A stretch of DNA of 64,000 nt from Deltaproteobacteria bacterium (GTDB lineage: Bacteria; Myxococcota_A; UBA9160; JAJDAL01). The notes beneath the pieces are model-generated. The model ran no database searches, was not told the DNA's origin, and worked only from the letters and a program-made list of their open reading frames with translations. This document shows positions 40,119 to 49,276 of the stretch, one piece after another. A program made the position numbers and the translations under genes. The stretch is taken from positions 143,830 through 207,829 of the forward strand of contig JAJDAL010000033.1 of the NCBI GenBank assembly GCA_029261875.1. The letters run 5' to 3'. The first letter of the stretch is position 1. Each line of letters opens with the position of its first letter.

Positions 40119-41352
40119 GGGATCCGCCGTTCTGTTGGCGAAACAAACCCACGAGACGCTCCACCGTGCGTTCGATGTTGAAATCCGCCTCCACCTTGGC
40201 GCGCCCGGCAGCCGCCAGCTTCGCGCACAAGGCGGGTTCGGAGAGCATTTTTTCGATTCCATCGGCCAGGGCACGCGGGTCCTCCGGGGCGACCAGCCAT
40301 CCGGTTTCGCCGTGGATCACCAATTCCGGAACTCCCGAGACCGGAGTCGCGATCACCGGACGTTGACACGCCATGGCTTCCATCAAGACATTGGGAATGC
40401 CGTCGCGGTCCCCATCGCGAGCCACCACACAGGGGAGCGCGAACAGATCCGTTGCCGCCAGGCTGCGAATCACCTGTTCCTGAGCGAGGGGGCCTCGGAG
40501 TTGCACCCACTCCTCGAGATTCGCCGCTGCGATCTGGCGCGTCAGGGTATCGCGCAGGGGGCCGTCGCCGATGATCTCCAGCCGAATGCGCAGGTCCCGC
40601 TCGTGCAGCATCCGGCAGGCTTCGATCAGGTGTCGAAACCCCTTCTTCTCGACCAGCCTTCCGATCGAGAGAAGCTGCGGCACCTCCCGACCGGGGACTA
40701 CGCTCGCAGGTTTGAAGCGTTCGAGGGGAATCGCCGAATGAATCACATGGACCTTGCCGCTTCCGCAAAGCGACGGTTCGATCTCCTCGAGAACCGCGCG
40801 GTTGTAGTCCGAGATCGAAACGATGAAAGCCGCGGACCGGAGCTTCTCGCTCAAGAGAAGCGGATCCACGAAAAGATCGTTTGCCCGCACGGTAAAGCTG
40901 AAGCTGGTGCGATTCAGGCGTGCGAGGGCGAGCGCCACACTCGCGGCGTTCAGAGCCGAATGCGCATGGACGTGCCGAACACCCGCGCGATCCATCTCGC
41001 TCGAGAACAAGACCGCTTCGCCGAAATGCAGCAGCGTTCGCCAACGTTGACGAAAACGCGGGTAGCGCCGCGCCATCAGATACCGGATCGCGCCCAGATA
41101 GCGCGCCGGTTTCCCGATCAGACAACGCAGATTTTCGATCAGAACCCGCATCGGGCCCACGGGAAGTGCATAGTGGGTCGACGCTTGCAGTCCCAGGGGA
41201 TCCTTCGGCGTTTCATCCGCCGCCGGTCGCCAAATCGAAAAAAGCTGCGGTTCGAAACCGAGTCGTCGGGCCTGCTCGATCTCGCGATAGACGAACGTCG
41301 TCGTCAGCATCGGGAACTCTTGCATCACGTACGCTACGCGATCACCCGCCAC
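40111..41352 (-). CDS. glycosyltransferase family 4 (WcaL-like)
   Basis: 413 aa. N-terminus YVMQEFPMLTTTFVYREI. C-terminus GIPNVLMEAMACQRPVIATPVSGVPELVIHGETGWLVAPEDPRALADGIEKML. Confidence 0.8.
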   Translation of the reverse strand: MAGDRVAYVMQEFPMLTTTFVYREIEQARRLGFEPQLFSIWRPAADETPKDPLGLQASTHYALPVGPMRVLIENLRCLIGKPARYLGAIRYLMARRYPRFRQRWRTLLHFGEAVLFSSEMDRAGVRHVHAHSALNAASVALALARLNRTSFSFTVRANDLFVDPLLLSEKLRSAAFIVSISDYNRAVLEEIEPSLCGSGKVHVIHSAIPLERFKPASVVPGREVPQLLSIGRLVEKKGFRHLIEACRMLHERDLRIRLEIIGDGPLRDTLTRQIAAANLEEWVQLRGPLAQEQVIRSLAATDLFALPCVVARDGDRDGIPNVLMEAMACQRPVIATPVSGVPELVIHGETGWLVAPEDPRALADGIEKMLSEPALCAKLAAAGRAKVEADFNIERTVERLVGLFRQQNGGSRG

Positions 41353-42601
41353 GTCGGATCTCCCGCAAGAACCCCGTCGACAATGCGACGTAGAGCCCCC
41401 ACTCCAGGCGGTTGCCCACCAGGAGTGCGCTGTTGGTCAGATTCGACAATCCCAGAAAGCAAAAGAACAAGAACGGCCAAAGCGCCAGGGCGGACGGCCC
41501 AGCGATCCCCCAGCGAAACACGCGCTGCACGAGAATCCCAAACGGGATGAGCCACGCGAGCAGGCCTACGACTCCGAGCCCCAGCACGAGATCCAGAAAC
41601 CCGTTGTGGGCGTGGGCTGCCCATTGGAAGTCGTGTAGCGGTTGATCGGGTCGATCGGCGACGGTCGACCAGACCGCCTCGAACCCATACCCCAGCCACG
41701 GCTGGACGCGCGCCACCTCGATCGACGCTCCCCAAAGCGGGGCTCGTGCGTTCAGGGTCGCATCCTTTCCGAGTGCAGCGAGCAGGGGATCCGCCCACAA
41801 CAAACCCAGCACGACGAACGCGAGTCCCAACACCACGGACGTCCCCAGCAGACGGATTTGCGCTCTGCCCTCGATACGTTGAGCAACGCTACACAGTACG
41901 CCGATCCCCAACAGCACCGGGAAAACAATCCAAGCCGACCTCGATTGCGATCCCACCACAGCAACCAGGGAGAGGAAAACGCCAACCCAGCCCAGCACCC
42001 TACCCCTTCGCATTCCGAGTGCAATCGGAGTAAAAAGCGCCACCGCGAACACCATCCGCGAGCCGAGCGTGAACCGATTGGTGAAGATTCCGTTCCACGC
42101 GCCTCCGTCGACATCCGTCATGGTCGCGTGGGCGGGAAACAACGTGGATGCAGCGATGCAGGCCAGGACGATTGCGCCGGTCAGGAATCCCAGCAACCGC
42201 ACCTGTCGCGCCAGGTCGAGCCGAAGGCCGAGCAATACGCCCCAGGCCGACGTCGCCACCAACGCGCCCGCGCGTTGCAGAGTTCGCATAGCGTCCTCGG
42301 ACCAGGCGGCAGACAATACCGCCAAGGCGACCACCGGGAGCCAGGGCCAGGCCACAGCGAGTACTTCCCGACTTCGGTCGCGCTCTCGAAACAGCAGAAT
42401 CAGCGTGGTGGCGTAAATCGCCGCAATCAAGAACAGGCCGGCCGTGGAGCCGAGACCGGGAATTTGCGCGACGGAAAAGTCCCTCCAGCTTCCATACAGG
42501 AGTACGTCGAGGCTGCGCAGTAGCCATGCGAACGAGACCCACCAGAAGATCGATTCCCAGGGCGACGGTGTACCGCGACCCGATTCTCCGCTTGCCGTCA
42601 T
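41342..42601 (-). CDS. O-antigen ligase/polymerase family (Wzy_C) membrane protein
   Basis: ATG 42601 overlaps the upstream stop (ATGA); the track ORF extends to 42796. Polytopic. VVGSQSRSAWIVFPVLLG and AAHAHNGFLDLVLGLGVVGLLAW are Wzy_C hallmarks. Confidence 0.7.
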   Translation of the reverse strand: MTASGESGRGTPSPWESIFWWVSFAWLLRSLDVLLYGSWRDFSVAQIPGLGSTAGLFLIAAIYATTLILLFRERDRSREVLAVAWPWLPVVALAVLSAAWSEDAMRTLQRAGALVATSAWGVLLGLRLDLARQVRLLGFLTGAIVLACIAASTLFPAHATMTDVDGGAWNGIFTNRFTLGSRMVFAVALFTPIALGMRRGRVLGWVGVFLSLVAVVGSQSRSAWIVFPVLLGIGVLCSVAQRIEGRAQIRLLGTSVVLGLAFVVLGLLWADPLLAALGKDATLNARAPLWGASIEVARVQPWLGYGFEAVWSTVADRPDQPLHDFQWAAHAHNGFLDLVLGLGVVGLLAWLIPFGILVQRVFRWGIAGPSALALWPFLFFCFLGLSNLTNSALLVGNRLEWGLYVALSTGFLREIRRGG

Positions 42602-44034
42602 GCGCTGCTTTCCGCCCGTCGCGCGCGAAGGCGTTCCGTCACGATGCACCCGAACAATCCGAACGCGATGGTCTTGATGGACTGGTGGTTCAACACGGAC
42701 GCCAAGGCGGGCAAAACCATGGCGACGCCGAGACAAGCCAACAGCGCCAGGAGTGCGGAGGCGCCGTTTCCCTCCGATGTTCGCAAGCCACGCCACGCCG
42801 CGAAGAACGGAATCGCGAGAAAGAGGATGTAGGGAAGCAGCAGAACCAACCCGCCATCGACGAGAATTTGCAGGTAATCGCTCTCTACACTGCGATAGGG
42901 CTTGTGATCCTCTCCGGCGTAATAGTCTTGCGCCCTCCGACTCGACTCACCGTACCCCCATCCCAAGAAGGGTTTCTCGGACCACATGCGGACCGCTCCG
43001 ATCCAACGGGGAATGCGGTCGTGTAGGGTGGCGAGCTTGTGGGTCACCCGTTCCCACAGTGACTCCGACGCCGATGAGACCGCCGCAGGGCCGGGCACGG
43101 AAGCTTCTTTCTGGGGTTCCGAAACGCGTTCGGGCCTGGCGATTTCGGGCGCATCCATCGAATCCGACTCCGCCTGTGGCTGCCCAGGAATCTCTGCGAG
43201 TAGAAAGCCTGCCAGCGCGATGCCGAGCGCCAAAGAAATCAACATCCGAAATCGGACTCGCCCAAAGAACCACATCGCCAGAGCGATTTCCAGCAAGCAG
43301 GCAATCCACGCCGTGCGACTGAAGGTCAGGACCAGAGCGCAGGCCATCAAACCCACGGCAGCCACCAGCCCATTGCTTTGAAGGGCGCTGCCCCCGCGTT
43401 GCATGAGATAGAAACCGAGCGGAACCCCGAACAGCATGACGCGGGCGAAGTTCCCGGAACGACCCATCACACCTTGCAACAACCACAGGCTTTGGTCGCG
43501 GTCGTGATAGAGCGGCGCCGGCGTCCCGAAGGACGGTTTCAGCCAAACATGCTGTGTTTCCGCTTCCAAGATCGCATACAACGCCAACACGACCGCGAGG
43601 GCGACAACCGACGCGAAGACCCAATGCAGTTCGCGCGAATCGCGAATGAAACTTCGACCGAAGAAATAGCTGGCCAGCGGCATACCGAGCAGGGTAACGG
43701 CGCGCTGGGCCGCATCGCTGTCCACGGCCCGCGGCAGAAAGACCACCAGAACGAACAGCGTCATCAGCGCGAACCCATCCATGCTCTGCAATCCGGAGCG
43801 CAGGAGCCCGTCCGAAGCGCGAACCTCGCGCGCCACGAACGCGATCGCCAACCCCGCGGTCAGGGCGCGGCTGAAGCTCAAGTCCGGGATGCCGGCCCCC
43901 AACCCGAAGTGGAGAAAGAGTTCGGCGAATGGCGTCACACTCAGCAAAGCGATGAAGCCCAGAACGGGCCGAAAGAGGCCGAGCAATGCAACGAGCAGCA
44001 GCGCAATGCCGGCGACGAGATTCGATAGATCCAT
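42598..44034 (-). CDS. second Wzy_C-type membrane protein
   Basis: Start taken as ATG 44034, 2 nt after the upstream stop; the track ORF extends to 44088. Polytopic. LTFSRTAWIACLLEIAL and a periplasmic loop, then SVESDYLQILVDGGLVLLLPYILFL. It deviates from the usual H-N motif. Confidence 0.62.
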   Translation of the reverse strand: MDLSNLVAGIALLLVALLGLFRPVLGFIALLSVTPFAELFLHFGLGAGIPDLSFSRALTAGLAIAFVAREVRASDGLLRSGLQSMDGFALMTLFVLVVFLPRAVDSDAAQRAVTLLGMPLASYFFGRSFIRDSRELHWVFASVVALAVVLALYAILEAETQHVWLKPSFGTPAPLYHDRDQSLWLLQGVMGRSGNFARVMLFGVPLGFYLMQRGGSALQSNGLVAAVGLMACALVLTFSRTAWIACLLEIALAMWFFGRVRFRMLISLALGIALAGFLLAEIPGQPQAESDSMDAPEIARPERVSEPQKEASVPGPAAVSSASESLWERVTHKLATLHDRIPRWIGAVRMWSEKPFLGWGYGESSRRAQDYYAGEDHKPYRSVESDYLQILVDGGLVLLLPYILFLAIPFFAAWRGLRTSEGNGASALLALLACLGVAMVLPALASVLNHQSIKTIAFGLFGCIVTERLRARRAESSA

Positions 44035-44035
44035 C

Positions 44036-45073
44036 TCAGTTTCGCCGCCGCACGGACGCGAGACCGCGCACGAGCGCGTATCCGACACGACTTACGGAGA
44101 ATCGCATGGGAGACGGGACATGGAGATGGCGACCGAAGTCGTGTTGCGCGCCACCGAACTTCGCCTTGAAGTCGCGCACGCCGTACGGTTTGTCGGGGTG
44201 GCCCGCGCCTCCGAAATCGTAGACCGAATAGCCGTTGCGCGCGCCCCAATCGAGAATCTCCCAGGTAACGGCCTCGGTGGGTTGGAAAGACGAAAATTCG
44301 CGGTCGGTTCCACCGTACCAGCCGTAGATCTCGTCTTTGAAACACAACTCCGCTCCGCAGGCCGCGGGTAGTCCATCGACGAGAGCAAGGTTGAAGCGCA
44401 CGTGGCCGAGGGGCAGGAGTTCCCGAAGCGCCGATTCGAAAAGCGCTCGGGGAGCCATCGGAACCCGCGCCTGCCGATAGGTAGACTGAAGCGGCGCGTA
44501 CCAGGCGTCGAGTTCCGACAGATCCCGAATTTCGCGCACTTCGAGTCGCGGATCCCGCAGACCGCGACGAATCCCCTTCCGGACGCGCTTCCCCATTCCT
44601 TGGAGAATTTGCTCCGCAGGATCCTTCAGGCACAACCGGTAGGTCAGGTGCGGTTCGAATCGGAATCCGGCGTGTTCGAGGACACCCGACACATCGGGGC
44701 AAGCCGATTGATGGCGGACTTCGGAGAATACGGCGTCGCGCGCCGTCGACACGAGGTATTCCCCGAGTACGTGCGCGAGCGCTCCCATTCCGTTCGCGCC
44801 CGGTGCAGCGAGCAGACCACCGTAGTGGAGCAGGCGCGTGGTGAGGCTCGGAAAAAGACCGCCGCCCACCTGCACGGCAACCGGGGTGAGGAGAGCCAGG
44901 GGCGTTCCCGCCGAATCCGTCGCGGCCCAAAGATGCGGCGTGTAACCCGGCACGCTGGAGAAGACGCGGAACATCTCCGGTGTGTGAAAGATGTTGCCCC
45001 CGGGGACCGAATCGACGAAGGCCCGCCAGACCGCTTCATCGAGCTTCCGCACAACCTTCATGGAAGCTTCCAA
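44036..45073 (-). CDS. FemAB-like / GNAT-fold acyl- or aminoacyl-transferase
   Basis: 345 aa. MKVVRKLDEAVWRAFVDSVPGGNIFHTPEMFRVF... at the N-terminus and TWEILDWGARNGYSVYDFGGAG...YGVRDFKAKFGG at the C-terminus match the FemAB-family pattern seen in polysaccharide loci. Confidence 0.6.
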   Translation of the reverse strand: MEASMKVVRKLDEAVWRAFVDSVPGGNIFHTPEMFRVFSSVPGYTPHLWAATDSAGTPLALLTPVAVQVGGGLFPSLTTRLLHYGGLLAAPGANGMGALAHVLGEYLVSTARDAVFSEVRHQSACPDVSGVLEHAGFRFEPHLTYRLCLKDPAEQILQGMGKRVRKGIRRGLRDPRLEVREIRDLSELDAWYAPLQSTYRQARVPMAPRALFESALRELLPLGHVRFNLALVDGLPAACGAELCFKDEIYGWYGGTDREFSSFQPTEAVTWEILDWGARNGYSVYDFGGAGHPDKPYGVRDFKAKFGGAQHDFGRHLHVPSPMRFSVSRVGYALVRGLASVRRRN

Positions 45074-45281
45074 TACGGGGGATAAATCGAATTCGACACA
45101 GTCAGTTGCGGCCTTCAGTTGCGCATTGCATCAAGCGCCCGCCTGCGCTTCCCTATTCTCTTCCCGAGGCAACCCGTAGTAAGGTACCGAACTCGGGAAT
45201 ATCGGAGCCCGCTCGCCCAGGCGCGGCGAACCTTTCATCGACCCATGCGCTTGGTCCGAAGCTAGGAAAGTTGGCAGACCG

Positions 45282-45971
45282 TTGGCATTGCATCAGTTCA
45301 TCAAGCGATCCCTTGAGATCATCTTTTGCTTGGTCCTACTTCCCGTCTCACTCGCGGTTGGAATCTGCATCGCCCTGGCGATTCTTCTCGACACGGGTCG
45401 GCCCATTTTTTTTTCCCAACGCCGCGTGGGATGGAAGGGTCGATCGTTCCGGCTTTACAAGTTTCGCACACTCACCAGCGTCGAATCGGTTCCGGATTCG
45501 GAACGCGAATACATGCGCTCCTATGTTCGCGGCGAACTGAACGCCGACGAAGACTTCATCTTCCAACCCTATGATGACTCGCGAACGACCCGATTGGGTC
45601 GTTTTCTACGCGATTCCGGCCTCGACGAATTGCCCCAGCTATGGAATGTGCTCCGGGGGGAGATGAGCTTGGTGGGGCCGCGCCCCCATGTTCCGTGGGA
45701 GGTCGACGAATACCTGGACCATCACCACCGAAGACACGAAGTCCGACCGGGCATTACGGGCCTCGCCCAGGTTCGCGGTCGCAGCAACATCCCGTTCGAG
45801 CGCGCCGTAAGGTACGATCTCGATTACATCGACAACCGCTCTATCTGGCTAGATCTGCAGATCGTATTCGAAACTCTCGGCCAAGCCCTGGGTTCGAATC
45901 GCGATTCCGATCGCAGAGACGAAACCGATGGAGTGGTCGGCGCGCAAGTCTCGAGCTCGCGGGAAAACTAG
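45282..45971 (+). CDS. polyprenyl-phosphate sugar-phosphate transferase (small bacterial sugar transferase, WbaP C-terminal type)
   Basis: 229 aa, TTG start. [58 protein letters not shown]. Confidence 0.85.
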   Translation: MALHQFIKRSLEIIFCLVLLPVSLAVGICIALAILLDTGRPIFFSQRRVGWKGRSFRLYKFRTLTSVESVPDSEREYMRSYVRGELNADEDFIFQPYDDSRTTRLGRFLRDSGLDELPQLWNVLRGEMSLVGPRPHVPWEVDEYLDHHHRRHEVRPGITGLAQVRGRSNIPFERAVRYDLDYIDNRSIWLDLQIVFETLGQALGSNRDSDRRDETDGVVGAQVSSSREN

Positions 45972-46077
45972 GCGTCTGATCCGGGCTTGTGCCTCTCGAG
46001 GCGCAGGTGGTTCTTCTCCATCGTTTCCCTTCAAGCATCGCTGCGCATCCCGGGGGTTCCCGTTGGCCCGGCACTGC

Positions 46078-47247
46078 ATGGTGGTCCACGCCTACTATCC
46101 GTTTGGCGAAACGCGCGTCCAGCGCCAAGCCGAAGCGCTCGCGGAGCGCGGCTACGAGGTCGATGTGATTTGCCTGCGCGGTCCCGGTGAGGCCCGGCGC
46201 GAACGCGTCAACGGGGTCGACGTGATCCGTGTACCCACCAAGCGGTTCAGTCGCAGTGCGGCACTCCAACTCCTGGAGTATCTCGCCTTCTTCCTACTGG
46301 CCGCGTGGGAACTGAACCTTCGGTCCGCGCGCCGAAACTATGCGGTCGTCCAAGTCCACAATCTTCCCGATTTCCTCGTGTTTTCCGCGATCGTCCCGCG
46401 GCTCCGGGGTTCAGCGATCCTGCTCGACATTCACGATCTGATGCCGGAGTTTTTCGCGTCGCGCTTTGCGTCCGGAGCCGACTCGCTGGGGGTGAGGATT
46501 CTTCGCTGGCAAGAACAGCTTTCCTGTCGCTTCGCGGACCACGTCGTCACCGTGACGGAAGCGTGGCGGAAGACACTGATTCGCCGCGGGGTTTCGGAAA
46601 GCAAATCGAGCGTCGTGATGAATCTGGCGGACGATCGCATCTTCCGTCCCTCGAACCCTTCACGCGCTCCGTCCGCAGACGGCGACTTCCAGCTGCTCTA
46701 CCACGGAACACTGACGGATCGCTATGGCATCGACTTGCTCGTTCGTGCCGTTCATCTCTTGAAGGACGAAATTCCGGAACTCCGCTTGACGATCCACGGT
46801 TGGGGCGACGCATTGGCGTCCTTGCGGGCGCTGGCCGCGCAACTGCAGATCGACGACCGAATCGAATTCGACCAGGAACGGCTCGACGTCCCGGACCTCG
46901 CGCGCATGATCGAGGAGGCAGACTTGGGCGTCGTCCCCAATCGCGCGGATCCGTTCACCGACGGGATCTTGCCCACCAAACTCCTCGAATACACCGCCAT
47001 GGGGACTCCCGCGGTCGCCGCGCGTACCTCGGCGATCCAGGAATATTTCGATGACGGCATGGTCGCCCTGTTCGACCCCGGCGATGCGGCGGATCTCGCC
47101 CAACGCATCCGGGAACTCCACGCCGACCGACCGCGCCTGGCCGCGCTTTCGGAAAACGCGGCCCGTTTCAACGAACGCTACTGCTGGCAACGGCAAAGCG
47201 CCGAGTATGCGCAACTCGTCGAACGACTCGGACGTGGAAAGCCGTGA
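46078..47247 (+). CDS. glycosyltransferase family 4
   Basis: Start taken at ATG 46078 (MVVHAYYPFGETRVQRQAEALAERGYEVDVICLR, a typical GT4 N-terminus); the track ORF starts at 45928, inside the previous gene. C-terminal GILPTKLLEYTAMGTPAVAARTSAIQEYF. Confidence 0.75.
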   Translation: MVVHAYYPFGETRVQRQAEALAERGYEVDVICLRGPGEARRERVNGVDVIRVPTKRFSRSAALQLLEYLAFFLLAAWELNLRSARRNYAVVQVHNLPDFLVFSAIVPRLRGSAILLDIHDLMPEFFASRFASGADSLGVRILRWQEQLSCRFADHVVTVTEAWRKTLIRRGVSESKSSVVMNLADDRIFRPSNPSRAPSADGDFQLLYHGTLTDRYGIDLLVRAVHLLKDEIPELRLTIHGWGDALASLRALAAQLQIDDRIEFDQERLDVPDLARMIEEADLGVVPNRADPFTDGILPTKLLEYTAMGTPAVAARTSAIQEYFDDGMVALFDPGDAADLAQRIRELHADRPRLAALSENAARFNERYCWQRQSAEYAQLVERLGRGKP

Positions 47248-47897
47248 CATGGCGGGCCGCCCTGCTGGGCACAACGGACCGGATTCGCGATCTCCAGACG
47301 ATTCTCGCTCGCGAGGGGTGGGCGCACGGCATTCGACGATCGCTCCGAGAAGTGGTCCCCCCGCTGTTTCGGCGCACGGACTACGTCTTCGTCGCAGCCG
47401 ACGTGAACGACGTACGGATCGGATCCAGCGGGGACTTTCGCGGAACGGTCCGAACCGCCACCTCGTCTGATCTGCCGCGTTTTGGAAACATCGCGACGCC
47501 GTCCCAGATGCGGCAGCACGCGACCCGGTTTTCCCGTCGACAGGTCTGCCTGATCGCAATCGAGGGGGACCGATTGGCGGGCTATTGCTGGGGAACCCAG
47601 CACGTGGATCCGATCCTCGAAGGTCTTCCCGTAACGCTCGCTCCCGGCGACATCCTGATCGCGTATCTGTTCGTCGCTGAGGAATTTCGCAAACGGGGCG
47701 TCGCGCACCGTTTACTCGAAGCGCTCAAGCAATACGGGGAGAACCGGAAGCTCCGGCGTACCGTCGGTACGGTGGATGCACTCAACTACGCCTCGCGTGC
47801 GCTGCTGGAGGCCACCGGGCACCGCGAAATCGGCCGCGGAACCTACAGGCGGATTCTGTGGCACCGGTCGTTCCGCATGCTCGAGGACGGTTCCTGA
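47244..47897 (+). CDS. GNAT family N-acetyltransferase
   Basis: 217 aa. The GTG start overlaps the upstream stop (GTGA). Acetyl-CoA motif LFVAEEFRKRGVAHRLLEAL. Confidence 0.6.
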   Translation: MTWRAALLGTTDRIRDLQTILAREGWAHGIRRSLREVVPPLFRRTDYVFVAADVNDVRIGSSGDFRGTVRTATSSDLPRFGNIATPSQMRQHATRFSRRQVCLIAIEGDRLAGYCWGTQHVDPILEGLPVTLAPGDILIAYLFVAEEFRKRGVAHRLLEALKQYGENRKLRRTVGTVDALNYASRALLEATGHREIGRGTYRRILWHRSFRMLEDGS

Positions 47898-47898
47898 G

Positions 47899-49233
47899 GT
47901 GAGCGCCGAAAAAGCCCCGTCCGCACTCTTCCAACTCGCGGTTCGCGGATCGGCGTTTACGACCGTGGGCCTGGCGATCGAACAGGGCCTGCGTCTCGGC
48001 GGAAACCTGATCCTGACGCGCCTCCTCTTCCCGGAAGCCTTCGGGTTGATGAGCCTGGTATCCGTGGTGCTGACCGGCCTCGAACGGCTCTCGGAAGTCG
48101 GTATCCGCCAGAGCATCATTCGCAGCGAGCGCGATGACGCGGACTACCTCAATACGGCGTGGACCCTGCAGATCCTTCGGGGGATCGCGCTCGCCAGCCT
48201 CGCGATGTTGGCCGCGGGCCCGGTGGCCGATTTCTACGGTGCACCCGAATTGGCCGGGTTGATCGCCGTTGCCGGTTTGGCGGCCGTCGCGGGTGGCCTC
48301 GCCTCGACGCGACTCTTCACCCTCAATCGCCAGCTCGCCTTGGGACGACAGACCGCAATCGAGATCGGCAGTCAACTGTGCAGTCTCGCGCTCATGGTCG
48401 TTTGGGCATTGCTCGATCCCAGCCCGACGGTGTGGATCCTGGTCGCCGGCCCGCTCACCGGGAGTGTGATCCGGGCCGTTCTGACCTACATCGCCGTTCC
48501 GGGCATCCGCCAACGATTGCGTTGGGAACCCCGCGCGGCGCACTCCCTCCTCCACTTCGGAAAATGGTTGATCCTCACCAGCGCGGTGAGCTTCCTCGCC
48601 ATGCAGGGCGATCGCTTGCTGCTGGGTCGACTCGTGTCCGTGGAATTTCTGGGGATCTACAGCATTGCCCACTTCGTGAGTGACGCGGCCTCCCAGGCCG
48701 TGCGCCGCATCTCTCAGCGCGTCCTCTATCCCGCCTTCGGCGAAATCGCCCGCAACCAACCCGACGCGCTCGCTGCGGTCTATTGGCGCGCTCGACGCTA
48801 CCTCGACTTGTCGATTCTCCCGGCGGCCTCCGTGCTCGCCTTTGCGGGCGGACACTTGATCGAATTTCTCTACGACGATCGCTACATCGAAGCGGGCTGG
48901 ATGCTGCGGATCCTATCGGTGCGCATCGCCCTGAGCTCGATCCTTCCGCCGGCCAACATGTGTCTGCTGGCGCTCGGAAACCCGCGCTACAACCTGGTGG
49001 GGAACGTCGCCCGGGCCGCGTGGGTGTTCGTCGCGCTGCCCCTCGGTTTCGAATTCGCGGGAATGACGGGTGCCGTGATCGCCATCGCGGCCTCGGACGC
49101 CGCACGCCTACCCTTTCTGTGGTGGGGCCTTCATCGCTACGGCCTACTCTCGCTGCGGCGCGAACTGTTGCGACTCTGCTGGATCCCCGCCGCGGCGCTG
49201 CTCGCCGGACTCGGTTTCAGCGTCGACGGCTAA
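47899..49233 (+). CDS. Wzx-type oligosaccharide flippase (MOP superfamily)
   Basis: GTG 47899 lies 1 nt after the GNAT stop; the track ORF starts at 47776. N-terminus ...GSAFTTVGLAIEQGLRLGGNLILTRLLFPEAFGLMSLV plus about 12 predicted TM helices. Confidence 0.7.
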   Translation: MSAEKAPSALFQLAVRGSAFTTVGLAIEQGLRLGGNLILTRLLFPEAFGLMSLVSVVLTGLERLSEVGIRQSIIRSERDDADYLNTAWTLQILRGIALASLAMLAAGPVADFYGAPELAGLIAVAGLAAVAGGLASTRLFTLNRQLALGRQTAIEIGSQLCSLALMVVWALLDPSPTVWILVAGPLTGSVIRAVLTYIAVPGIRQRLRWEPRAAHSLLHFGKWLILTSAVSFLAMQGDRLLLGRLVSVEFLGIYSIAHFVSDAASQAVRRISQRVLYPAFGEIARNQPDALAAVYWRARRYLDLSILPAASVLAFAGGHLIEFLYDDRYIEAGWMLRILSVRIALSSILPPANMCLLALGNPRYNLVGNVARAAWVFVALPLGFEFAGMTGAVIAIAASDAARLPFLWWGLHRYGLLSLRRELLRLCWIPAAALLAGLGFSVDG

Positions 49234-49276
49234 GCGATCGGCTAGATGCGTTTCGCGAACGCGGAATGGATCGCAA

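Noticed and set aside
45272-45287. Sigma-54-like TGGCAG-N5-TGGCA (GG-N10-GC spacing) upstream of the sugar transferase gene
   Set aside because: The -12 box deviates from consensus. The element overlaps the only plausible start codon (TTG 45282), so the predicted transcript would start inside the conserved N-terminus of the enzyme.
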